The notes under the pieces were generated by a model that ran no database searches, was not told the origin of the DNA, and worked only from the letters and a program-made list of their open reading frames with translations. Positions 36,889 through 44,874 of a stretch of DNA of 62,519 bases are shown here, piece after piece. The stretch comes from an uncultured Erysipelotrichaceae bacterium (lineage in GTDB: Bacteria; Bacillota_I; Bacilli_A; RF39; UBA660): assembly GCA_902797995.1 (NCBI GenBank), contig CADBUX010000003.1:1-62519 (forward strand), read 5' to 3'. A program made the position numbers and the translations under genes. How positions within the stretch are numbered: the stretch's first letter is position 1; the number at the start of each line of letters is the position of its first letter.

Positions 36889-38100
36889 ATGAAAAGATTT
36901 TTATTTTTTTTAGCATTTGTTTTATTTCTACTTCCTTTTACTGTTAGTGCTAAAGAAGTAAATATTTATATTTTTTATGGAGATGGTTGTCCGCATTGTG
37001 CTGCTCTTGAAAAATATTTAGATAAAGAATATAAACATGATAAAGATTTAAATATTTATAAATATGAAGTTTGGTCTGATAAAGAAGGGCAAAGTGCTTT
37101 AGAAAAAGTTCAAAGTGCTACTGGAGTAGAAGCTCAAGGAGTTCCATATTTTATAATTGGAGATAAAGTATATCAAGGTTATAATGAAGGGCCTGCTTGG
37201 GAAGCTACTGTAGATAAAGCTATAAAGGATGTTAAAGAAAATGGTTATATAGACAATGCTGGTGTAGCTCTTGGTAAGACTAAAGAAAGTGAAAAAGATA
37301 AAACAGTTAAACATCAAGAAGTTAATCCACGTAAAGAAGAATCTAAAACAAAAATAGATATTCCTTTTATAGGCACGGTTGATTTAAAAAATGTTTCAAT
37401 TCCTATAATTGCTATTATAATTGGTCTTGTTGATGGATTTAATCCTTGTGCTATGTGGATTTTAATATTTTTGATAACTATGCTTTTTGATTCTAAGGAT
37501 AGGAAAAAGATGTGGATTCTAGGAGGAACTTTCTTATTTACTAGTGCATTTGTATATTTTCTATTTATGATAGGACTTATTCATGCTACAACATTTATGA
37601 ATACTATTCCTATACTTAAATATTTGGTAGCAGCTTTTGCTCTTATCTTTGGAGGTTATAACGTTTATAGATATATTAAAACAAGAAAAGATGCGGGATG
37701 TGATGTTGTAAACAAAAACCAAAGAAAGAAAATAATGGTTAGAACTAAGAATATTTTAGCAAATAACAGCTTTATTCTATCTCTATTAGGTATTATGCTT
37801 TTAGCAGTTTCTGTTAACTTAATAGAACTTTTATGTTCATTAGGACTTCCTGTAGTATTTACTGAAATTCTTAGTGCTAATAACGTTACTGGGTTTGCTA
37901 GAATAATTTATACATTTATTTATATATTATTCTTCTTAATAGATGATTTGGTAGTATTCTTTATTGCTATGAAAACATTAAAAATAAAAGCAATTAGTAA
38001 TAAATATACTAAGTATTCTCATCTAATTGGAGGAATAATAATGATTATTATTGGTCTTTTAATGATCTTTAAATATGAATGGTTAATGTTTAATTTTTAA
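36889..38100 (+). CDS. fusion of a secreted thioredoxin/glutaredoxin-like domain (CPHC) to a CcdA/DsbD-type transmembrane electron-transfer domain
   Basis: Signal peptide, then YGDGCPHCAALEKYL and GVPYFIIG. Multi-helix C-terminal half with GFNPCAMW and LLCSLGLP Cys motifs. The start abuts the upstream stop (TAGATG). Confidence 0.7.
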   Translation: MKRFLFFLAFVLFLLPFTVSAKEVNIYIFYGDGCPHCAALEKYLDKEYKHDKDLNIYKYEVWSDKEGQSALEKVQSATGVEAQGVPYFIIGDKVYQGYNEGPAWEATVDKAIKDVKENGYIDNAGVALGKTKESEKDKTVKHQEVNPRKEESKTKIDIPFIGTVDLKNVSIPIIAIIIGLVDGFNPCAMWILIFLITMLFDSKDRKKMWILGGTFLFTSAFVYFLFMIGLIHATTFMNTIPILKYLVAAFALIFGGYNVYRYIKTRKDAGCDVVNKNQRKKIMVRTKNILANNSFILSLLGIMLLAVSVNLIELLCSLGLPVVFTEILSANNVTGFARIIYTFIYILFFLIDDLVVFFIAMKTLKIKAISNKYTKYSHLIGGIIMIIIGLLMIFKYEWLMFNF

Positions 38101-38112
38101 AAGGAGGACTTT

Positions 38113-39513
38113 ATGGTTTTTAGTAGTTCAATATTTGTATTTCTATTTTTACCACTAGTTCTTCTTTTTTACTTTCTAGTTCCTAAAAAGTTTAAAAATT
38201 ATGTTTTACTTATTTTTAGTATAATCTTTTATATATTTGGGGGTCCTAAATATTTGGTGCTTTTGTTATGTGTAGTTTTAATAGATTATATTGGTGCAAT
38301 ACTAATTGAAAAGACAAATAAAAGAAAGTTGTTTCTTTTTATTACTATCTTTTTAAATATAGGAATACTTGTTTATTTTAAATATACTGGGTTCTTTTTA
38401 AATAATATAAATAGTTTATTTAATTTAGATATTAATGTTCCTAAAATAGTACTTCCTATTGGAATATCTTTTTATACATTTCAAGCTATGAGTTATGTTA
38501 TTGATGTTTATAGAAAGAAAGTATCTTTACAAAAGAATTTCTTTACTTTACTTTTATATGTATCTTTGTTTCCACAGTTAGTTGCTGGCCCAATTGTTAG
38601 ATATGAAACTATTGAAAAAGAATTAAAGAGTAGGAGTACTAGTTTTGATGATGTTTGTTATGGAATAGAGAGGTTTGTTCTGGGACTTGCTAAAAAGATT
38701 ATTATTGCTAATCAAATGGGCAGGCTTGCAGATACTATATTTGCCTCTAATAATTTAACTAGTCCAATAGCTTTTCTTGGAGGCCTTGCTTATATGTTTC
38801 AAATATATTTTGATTTTTCAGCATATTCTGATATGGCAATAGGTATGGGAAGAATATTTGGATTTAGGTTTTTGGAAAACTTTAACTTTCCATATGTTTC
38901 TAAAAGTATAACTGAGTTTTGGAGACGCTGGCACATTTCTTTATCTACCTGGTTTAGGGATTATGTATATATTCCCCTTGGAGGTAATAGAAAGGGAGTA
39001 AAAAGACAAATTATAAATATGTTTATAGTTTGGACTTTAACAGGTTTTTGGCACGGTGCAGAGTGGAATTTCATCCTTTGGGGTGTATATTACTTTTTAT
39101 TTTTAGTACTTGAAAAGTATGTTTTAAAAAAGTATTTAGATAAAATGCCAAATGTTGCAAGTCATATCTATACTTTGATAATAGTTTATATAGGATGGAT
39201 TATATTTAGATGTGATAATTTAAACGATTTGATACTTTATTTAAAATCATTATTCTCATTTAATATTACAAGTATTTCTTTAAATGAACTTTCTGTATAT
39301 ATAGAAAGCTACTGGTTATATTTCATTCTTGCATTTTTATTTCAAACTCCACTTTATTACAAAATAATAGATAAAATAGATAAGATGAAGAATAGTAAAT
39401 TAAAATCATGTCTTAATGTTATTCATTATCTTGGATTAATATTCATTTTCATTGTTACAATTATGTATTTAGCATATTCGAGTTATAATCCGTTTATTTA
39501 TTTTAGATTTTAG
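38113..39513 (+). CDS. MBOAT family O-acyltransferase (AlgI/DltB/PatA-like)
   Basis: Polytopic membrane protein. PIGISFYTFQAMSYVIDVY, FWRRWHISLSTWFRDYVYIPLGGNR, and the conserved His in FWHGA. Confidence 0.9.
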   Translation: MVFSSSIFVFLFLPLVLLFYFLVPKKFKNYVLLIFSIIFYIFGGPKYLVLLLCVVLIDYIGAILIEKTNKRKLFLFITIFLNIGILVYFKYTGFFLNNINSLFNLDINVPKIVLPIGISFYTFQAMSYVIDVYRKKVSLQKNFFTLLLYVSLFPQLVAGPIVRYETIEKELKSRSTSFDDVCYGIERFVLGLAKKIIIANQMGRLADTIFASNNLTSPIAFLGGLAYMFQIYFDFSAYSDMAIGMGRIFGFRFLENFNFPYVSKSITEFWRRWHISLSTWFRDYVYIPLGGNRKGVKRQIINMFIVWTLTGFWHGAEWNFILWGVYYFLFLVLEKYVLKKYLDKMPNVASHIYTLIIVYIGWIIFRCDNLNDLILYLKSLFSFNITSISLNELSVYIESYWLYFILAFLFQTPLYYKIIDKIDKMKNSKLKSCLNVIHYLGLIFIFIVTIMYLAYSSYNPFIYFRF

Positions 39514-39527
39514 AGGGGGGAGTTATT

Positions 39528-40655
39528 ATGAATAAATGTATTAAAAAAATTTTTGTAATAGTTTTTTGTTTTATTTTAGGTTTTTTTATGCTAGTAACAC
39601 TTTCTAATAATGAGATAGTAAGTGAAGTAGAAAGAAGAAAACTTACTACTTTTCCTAAGTTTAGTTTATCTAGTATTGTTTCTAAAAAGTATTATGATAA
39701 TTTAACAAGTGCTTTTAGCGATCAACTTGCGTTTCGTAAGTATTTAGTAAAAGGATATTTTCTATTTAATTTTCAAAGATATTTTGGTGATGCTGTAATA
39801 GGACATGATAAACAGTTATATAGTCCTAGTCAAAGCGTTCCTTCGAGCACTTATTATAAAAAATTGAAGAATGTAATTAATCTTGTTAATGAAGAAAGTG
39901 AAAAGATAGATGCTAAGTTTATATTTTTATCTATTCCTAGAAAAGATGCTTATATGATAAATGAACTACCTAAAAATTATAATTCTAGTTTAGATATATA
40001 TAATAAACAAGTAAAAGTAGTTAAGGAAAACTTAAGTAATGATATTATTTTTATAGATGCACTTGATGTTTTTAAAAGTAATAATATTTATAATTGTTAT
40101 TATTCAAATGATCATCATATAACTCCAAGATGTGCTTATTTGCTTTATAATGAAATAAATAAATATACTGGTACTTTTTCTTATAATTTAGATGATGAGT
40201 TTGAAGTTAAGAAAACTATTGTAAATGGTGGTTATAGTAGACAGCTTGGTCAAACTATCAAATCAAGTCCTGAAGATTTATATTTGGTTCCAAAAAAATC
40301 TATTAATTATATAAGATATGAGAATGATAAACTAAGTAAAAAGAAAGTATTCGGCAAAGGTACTTCTTATGAAGATGCTTATATGGAAGGTGATATGGCT
40401 TATACTGTTATTGATACAGATAATGTTTTTGGTAAAAGTATTATGTTTGTAGGTTCATCATATACAAATATTTTAGAAGCTTTATCTGTTCCAAGTTATA
40501 GAAAAATAGTTAGTGTTGATTATAGACATAATAAGACTGGCAAAAGTATTAATGATTATGTTATGGAAAATAATATTGATTATGTAGTATTTGTACCTGG
40601 ACAATCTACTAATGCTTATTCACTTAAACAAATAGAACTTCATTTAGGTCAATAA
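39528..40655 (+). CDS. DHHW/AlgJ-like partner protein of the MBOAT (extracytoplasmic acyl transfer)
   Basis: N-terminal anchor. FSDQLAFR, NDHHITP (DHHW-type motif). Gene order directly after the MBOAT gene. Confidence 0.7.
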   Translation: MNKCIKKIFVIVFCFILGFFMLVTLSNNEIVSEVERRKLTTFPKFSLSSIVSKKYYDNLTSAFSDQLAFRKYLVKGYFLFNFQRYFGDAVIGHDKQLYSPSQSVPSSTYYKKLKNVINLVNEESEKIDAKFIFLSIPRKDAYMINELPKNYNSSLDIYNKQVKVVKENLSNDIIFIDALDVFKSNNIYNCYYSNDHHITPRCAYLLYNEINKYTGTFSYNLDDEFEVKKTIVNGGYSRQLGQTIKSSPEDLYLVPKKSINYIRYENDKLSKKKVFGKGTSYEDAYMEGDMAYTVIDTDNVFGKSIMFVGSSYTNILEALSVPSYRKIVSVDYRHNKTGKSINDYVMENNIDYVVFVPGQSTNAYSLKQIELHLGQ

Positions 40656-40656
40656 A

Positions 40657-40690
40657 AAAGACTTTGAAAAAAATCAAAGTCTTTTCTTTT
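40657..40690. terminator. bidirectional intrinsic terminator
   Basis: Stem aaagactttga (40657-40667) / tcaaagtcttt (40674-40684), A/T runs on both sides, between convergent genes. Confidence 0.7.
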
Positions 40691-40694
40691 GCTA

Positions 40695-41297
40695 TTATCT
40701 ATTGTAGTATTCAATTATTAATGCTTCATTAATTTCTGGATTAAGTTCACTTCTTTCAGGAAGTCTAACAAAAGTACCAGCGTTCTTTTTATCATCAAAT
40801 GTTACAAATTCAACTCTCTTAACTACTTTAGATAAAGCTTCTTTAACAGCTTTATGATCTTGTGATTGTTCTTTTAAAGCTATTACGTCACCAGGTTTAC
40901 ATCTGTATGAAGGTATATTAACCTTTTTACCATTAACAGTAATGTGTCCATGATTAACAAGTTGACGTGATGCTCTTCTTGTGGATCCAAATCCTATACG
41001 GTAAACTAAGTTATCAAGTCTAGATTCAAGAAGTTTAAGTAAGTTTTCACCATGAATGCCTTGCATTTTACCAGCTTCTTTGTATGTTTTAGCAAATTGT
41101 CTTTCGTTAAGTCCATACATGAATCTTACTTTTTGTTTTTCTTTTAATTGAACTCCGTAAGTAGAAGGTCTTCTTTTTCTGTCTGCTCCATGTGCTCCTG
41201 GACCATATGGTTTACGAGCTAGTTCTTTACCATTTTCAAGTAATGAAAAACCAGTACGACGAGCTTGTTTGTAACTTGAGCCTGTGTATCTTGACAT
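40695..41297 (-). CDS. rpsD: 30S ribosomal protein S4
   Basis: MSRYTGSSYKQARR..., S4 domain RLDNLVYRIGFGSTRRASRQLVNHGHITVNGKKVNIPSY. Confidence 0.97.
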   Translation of the reverse strand: MSRYTGSSYKQARRTGFSLLENGKELARKPYGPGAHGADRKRRPSTYGVQLKEKQKVRFMYGLNERQFAKTYKEAGKMQGIHGENLLKLLESRLDNLVYRIGFGSTRRASRQLVNHGHITVNGKKVNIPSYRCKPGDVIALKEQSQDHKAVKEALSKVVKRVEFVTFDDKKNAGTFVRLPERSELNPEINEALIIEYYNR

Positions 41298-41548
41298 TTT
41301 TTATCTCCTTTCAAAGTTTATTTCATAAACATTGAAATTGTCTTTACTGTTTTAAAGGGTGTTTATTTTATGCTTTCACCAAGCAGCAGGCTACTTACTT
41401 TTTTTATAAACGCATTTCAAAACATAAAGATTTGCTGCTTCAATGTATATGCAGTAATAATTATATATATTTATATGATAAAAGTCAAGGAAAAATTACG
41501 TTTGACTAATACTTTTTGGGATGTTAAGATAAGAAAAAAGGTGATTGT

Positions 41549-42253
41549 ATGATTTATGTTGTAGTGGGTCCTACGGGGGTAGGTAAAACAAAACTTAGTG
41601 TAATGTTAGCTAAAAAGCTTAAGGCAATAGTTATAAATGCTGATAGTATGCAAGTTTATAAAGAACTAAATGTTGGCACTGCTAAAATAAAGGAAGAAGA
41701 AAAAGAAGGAGTTCCTCATTATTTATTTGATATAAAGAATATTAATGAAGAATATAATGCGTTTTTGTATCAAGCTGATGGAAGAAGACTTTTAGATAAG
41801 TATAAAGATAGAAATATCATTATTGTAGGAGGAACTGGACTTTATATTAAAGCACTTTTATATGATTATAAATTTGAAAATGCTGGTGATATAAATAAAC
41901 CTTTATATAATTTTAAGATTATTGGTCTTAGGCGTGATAGAAATAAGTTATATGACATAATTAATAAAAGAGTTGATATGATGATAGAAGATGGTCTTAT
42001 TGATGAGGCCAAAGAACTATATGATAACAAAATAGATTCTAGAGCACTTAAGACAGCGATAGGTTATAAAGAATTATTTATGTATTTCGATGGTAATATT
42101 TCTTTAGAAGATGCAATAGATAAAATAAAGCAAAATTCTAGACATTATGCTAAAAGACAATACACTTTTTTTAATAACCAATTTGATAATATTACTTGGT
42201 ATGATGTTGATAAAGTATCATTTGATGAAATAGTTTCAAAAGTAACAATGTAA
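41549..42253 (+). CDS. miaA: tRNA dimethylallyltransferase MiaA (short, 234 aa)
   Basis: VVGPTGVGKT, NADSMQVYKELNVGTAK, PHYLFD, GGTGLYIKALL, YAKRQYTFF. Confidence 0.9.
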   Translation: MIYVVVGPTGVGKTKLSVMLAKKLKAIVINADSMQVYKELNVGTAKIKEEEKEGVPHYLFDIKNINEEYNAFLYQADGRRLLDKYKDRNIIIVGGTGLYIKALLYDYKFENAGDINKPLYNFKIIGLRRDRNKLYDIINKRVDMMIEDGLIDEAKELYDNKIDSRALKTAIGYKELFMYFDGNISLEDAIDKIKQNSRHYAKRQYTFFNNQFDNITWYDVDKVSFDEIVSKVTM

Positions 42254-42335
42254 ACATAGTAAAAATTGTTCTTTTTTCTTGCTTAAGAATATCATATTTT
42301 GGTATACTATTTTTAGTTAAGGAAGTGAATATGAA

Positions 42336-43526
42336 ATGCGCTTAAATTTGGGAGTAATTTTCGGAGGAAAAAGTGTAGAACATGAAATAAGTATTATATC
42401 TGCAGTAGAAGTAATGGCAAATATTGATTCTAATAAATATAAAGTAATACCTATTTATATTGATAAAGAAAATAATTGGTATACAGGAGCTCATTTAAAA
42501 GATATATTACATTATAGAGACATTGATTTAGTAAAAAGGTATGCTAAGAAGGTATCTCTTGTAAAGAGGGGTAAATCATTTATTCTTGAATCACAAGGAT
42601 TTTTTAAGAAAAATTTATTTGTCATAGATATGGTTTTACCTATAGGACATGGTGCGTTTGTTGAAGATGGCTCTTTACAAGGATATTTAAATATGCTTGG
42701 TGTACCATATGTAGGGTCTAGTGTTTTGGGAGCTGCGATTGGTCAAGATAAGGTAATCCAAAAAGATTTGTTTAAACAAAATGGTATTCCAGTATGTAAT
42801 TATGTATGGTTCTATGATTATGAATTTGAAAAGAATAAAAAGGATGTGCTTGCTAAAATAAAAGAACTTAAATATCCTTTATATGTAAAACCTGCATCTC
42901 TTGGTTCATCAATTGGAATAACTTTAGTAAAAGATGAAAAGGATTTAACTAAAGCAATAAAAGAAGCTATCAAGTTTGATAGAAAAGTAATCGTTGAAGA
43001 GCAAGTTAAAAATGTAAAAGAGATAAATATAAGTGTTATGGGTAATTATGAAAAACAATCCGTTTCTGAAGTAGAAGAAATAAATACTAGTGATGAGTTT
43101 TATTCATTTAAAGAAAAATATGTAGAAGGTTATACTAAGACTAAAGGTAAAGATAAGAAACAAAAGAGTAAACCACTTATTTCAAAAGAAATGGTTGAAG
43201 ATATGAAAACATATGCTATAAAAGCATTTAAAATTGTTAATGCCAGTGGTGTTTCAAGAATAGATTTCTTAGTAGATGATAAAAATAAAAGGTTATATGT
43301 TAATGAAATTAATACTATTCCTGGAGATTTATCAGCTTATTTATGGATGGCTAAGAAAACAACTCAGCAAGAATTAATTGATAATTTAATTAATTTAGCA
43401 GTTTTGGAACAAAAGAAAAAAGAAGAAACAGTTTATGCTTTCCCTGGTAATTTGCTTGAAAAATACGATATTTTAGATGGTGAAAAATTACACAAAAAAG
43501 AAAAAAGTGAAGAATCTAAAAAATAA
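42336..43526 (+). CDS. ddl: D-alanine--D-alanine ligase
   Basis: FGGKSVEHEISIISA, HGAFVEDGSLQGYLNMLGVPYVGS, YPLYVKPASLGSSIGI, RIDFLV...YVNEINTIPG. Confidence 0.92.
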   Translation: MRLNLGVIFGGKSVEHEISIISAVEVMANIDSNKYKVIPIYIDKENNWYTGAHLKDILHYRDIDLVKRYAKKVSLVKRGKSFILESQGFFKKNLFVIDMVLPIGHGAFVEDGSLQGYLNMLGVPYVGSSVLGAAIGQDKVIQKDLFKQNGIPVCNYVWFYDYEFEKNKKDVLAKIKELKYPLYVKPASLGSSIGITLVKDEKDLTKAIKEAIKFDRKVIVEEQVKNVKEINISVMGNYEKQSVSEVEEINTSDEFYSFKEKYVEGYTKTKGKDKKQKSKPLISKEMVEDMKTYAIKAFKIVNASGVSRIDFLVDDKNKRLYVNEINTIPGDLSAYLWMAKKTTQQELIDNLINLAVLEQKKKEETVYAFPGNLLEKYDILDGEKLHKKEKSEESKK

Positions 43527-43552
43527 TAAAGTAATAAAACATGAAATAATTG

Positions 43553-43876
43553 CTATTTCATGTTTTTGATTTCTATTTTATCTCCGATACTAATATTAGA
43601 TGTGCTTTTTAAAGGCATTTCTAAAGTATAATATCCTTTTTTTATAATTATTCTTCTTGGTTTAACATTTTTTTCTAGATATGTTACACAATAATTTTTA
43701 TCAAGAATGCATACATCAATACTTTGTTTCATAAAATATGTATGAATACTGGAACATTTTGGAAACAGGTAAATAGAAATAATTGGTTCTTTTTTGAACA
43801 TAAGTCCTTTTAACCTTTTAAGAAAAGTATTCATAAGTAAAACATTATACTTTTTATTGTTTATTATGATATACAT
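43553..43876 (-). CDS. DUF192 domain protein
   Basis: The size and the RLKGLMF ... SIHTYFM ... D pattern are typical of DUF192. Confidence 0.65.
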   Translation of the reverse strand: MYIIINNKKYNVLLMNTFLKRLKGLMFKKEPIISIYLFPKCSSIHTYFMKQSIDVCILDKNYCVTYLEKNVKPRRIIIKKGYYTLEMPLKSTSNISIGDKIEIKNMK

Positions 43877-43997
43877 AAAACCACCTATATTAATTGTAAC
43901 TTAATTTTATATAAATTTGTAGAATTTTTTCAAAAAAATGAAAAATGCTATTGATTTTTAAGAGTTTATTGTGATATTATATATGAGTAGTTGAGAT

Positions 43998-44074
43998 GGA
44001 CCCTTAGCTCAGTTGGTCAGAGCACCCGGCTCATAACCGGGTTGTCGTAGGTTCGAGCCCTACAGGGTCCACCA
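43998..44074 (+). tRNA. tRNA with anticodon CAT. It is elongator Met, or more likely the lysidine-modified Ile2 type.
   Basis: 77-nt cloverleaf read by hand. Acceptor ggaccct/agggtcc, anticodon loop ctCATaa, T-arm gtagg-ttcgagc-cctac, encoded CCA. The GGACCC...GGGUCC acceptor resembles Firmicute tRNA-Ile(CAU) from memory. Confidence 0.9.
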
Positions 44075-44080
44075 TTACAT

Positions 44081-44165
44081 GCGGGCGTGGCGGAATTGGC
44101 AGACGCACTAGACTTAGGATCTAGCGGAATTTTCCATGGGGGTTCAAGTCCCTTCGCCCGCACCA
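44081..44165 (+). tRNA. tRNA-Leu (anticodon TAG), class II with a long variable arm
   Basis: 85 nt. Acceptor gcgggcg/cgcccgc, anticodon loop ctTAGga, long variable arm, T-arm gggggttcaagtccctt, encoded CCA. Confidence 0.92.
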
Positions 44166-44177
44166 AGATAAATGTTA

Positions 44178-44200
44178 ATAGGCGAGTGCCTATTTTTTTT
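44178..44200 (+). terminator. intrinsic terminator after the tRNA pair
   Basis: Stem ataggc (44178-44183) / gcctat (44188-44193) followed by seven T residues. Confidence 0.7.
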
Positions 44201-44413
44201 ATGTCCGACAACCTGGCTATGAGCATATACTAAGACCTAGTAAAAAAACTTGATTTTTTGTATAATGTAAAATTTCGTTATTAATAATGAATATGAATTT
44301 CATTTTATTATTATGAAACTTTACAAATAATCCATACTGTATCTATTAATAATTATAATTACTCATTTGCATATATTGTTATGTTATGTTAGTATTGCCT
44401 TGCTGATACGAAA

Positions 44414-44788
44414 ATGTTTTTGTGTATATATGACTTAAACGATAATTTATTAGAAAGAAAATCTTTTGTTTACATAGATTCTTTATATAACCATTTGTGT
44501 TTGAAATTAAAAAAATTGGCAACCATTAAAGCATTTAAAAAGAAGACTGATAATTATAATAGTTTTAGATATTACTATATTGCTATATATAAGCTTATTA
44601 GTTTTGAAAGATTTATAGTTCTGTTACAAAATGGTTATATTAATGCCTCTATTATTGCTAGAATGAATAAAAGTGGTGTAGATGTTGCTAGATATAGAAA
44701 TAAGAATTTAGTTTTTAGTATAAATAAAAAGAATATCAATTTGTTATTTGAAAAAGTGTATAGTTATAATTGCGATTATCCTAGATAA
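44414..44788 (+). CDS. doubtful hypothetical ORF (124 aa)
   Basis: Open frame only. No SD and no recognisable family. It lies in an AT-rich stretch without convincing genes, downstream of the tRNAs. Confidence 0.2.
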   Translation: MFLCIYDLNDNLLERKSFVYIDSLYNHLCLKLKKLATIKAFKKKTDNYNSFRYYYIAIYKLISFERFIVLLQNGYINASIIARMNKSGVDVARYRNKNLVFSINKKNINLLFEKVYSYNCDYPR

Positions 44789-44874
44789 GATATATTTATA
44801 TATTTAAAGTGTAAAGTTGTGTTATCTAGTTTGAAATTATTTTTCATTTATCTTATAATTAATATGGTGATAGA

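Noticed and set aside
41370-41552. 60-aa ORF between rpsD and miaA.
   Set aside because: It has no SD and an implausible hydrophobic, Cys-containing product. The region is better explained as the divergent rpsD leader/promoter and the miaA promoter.
41549-42253. MiaA is only 234 aa, against about 310 aa typically.
   Set aside because: All the catalytic blocks I can recognise are present (P-loop, DSMQVY, GGTGLY, YAKRQ.TFF). The shortening appears to be in the insertion domain and C-terminal tail. It is probably a lineage trait and not evidence of decay.
44017-44226. 69-aa minus-strand ORF.
   Set aside because: It is the reverse complement of the two tRNA genes and their terminator, so it is not a coding sequence.
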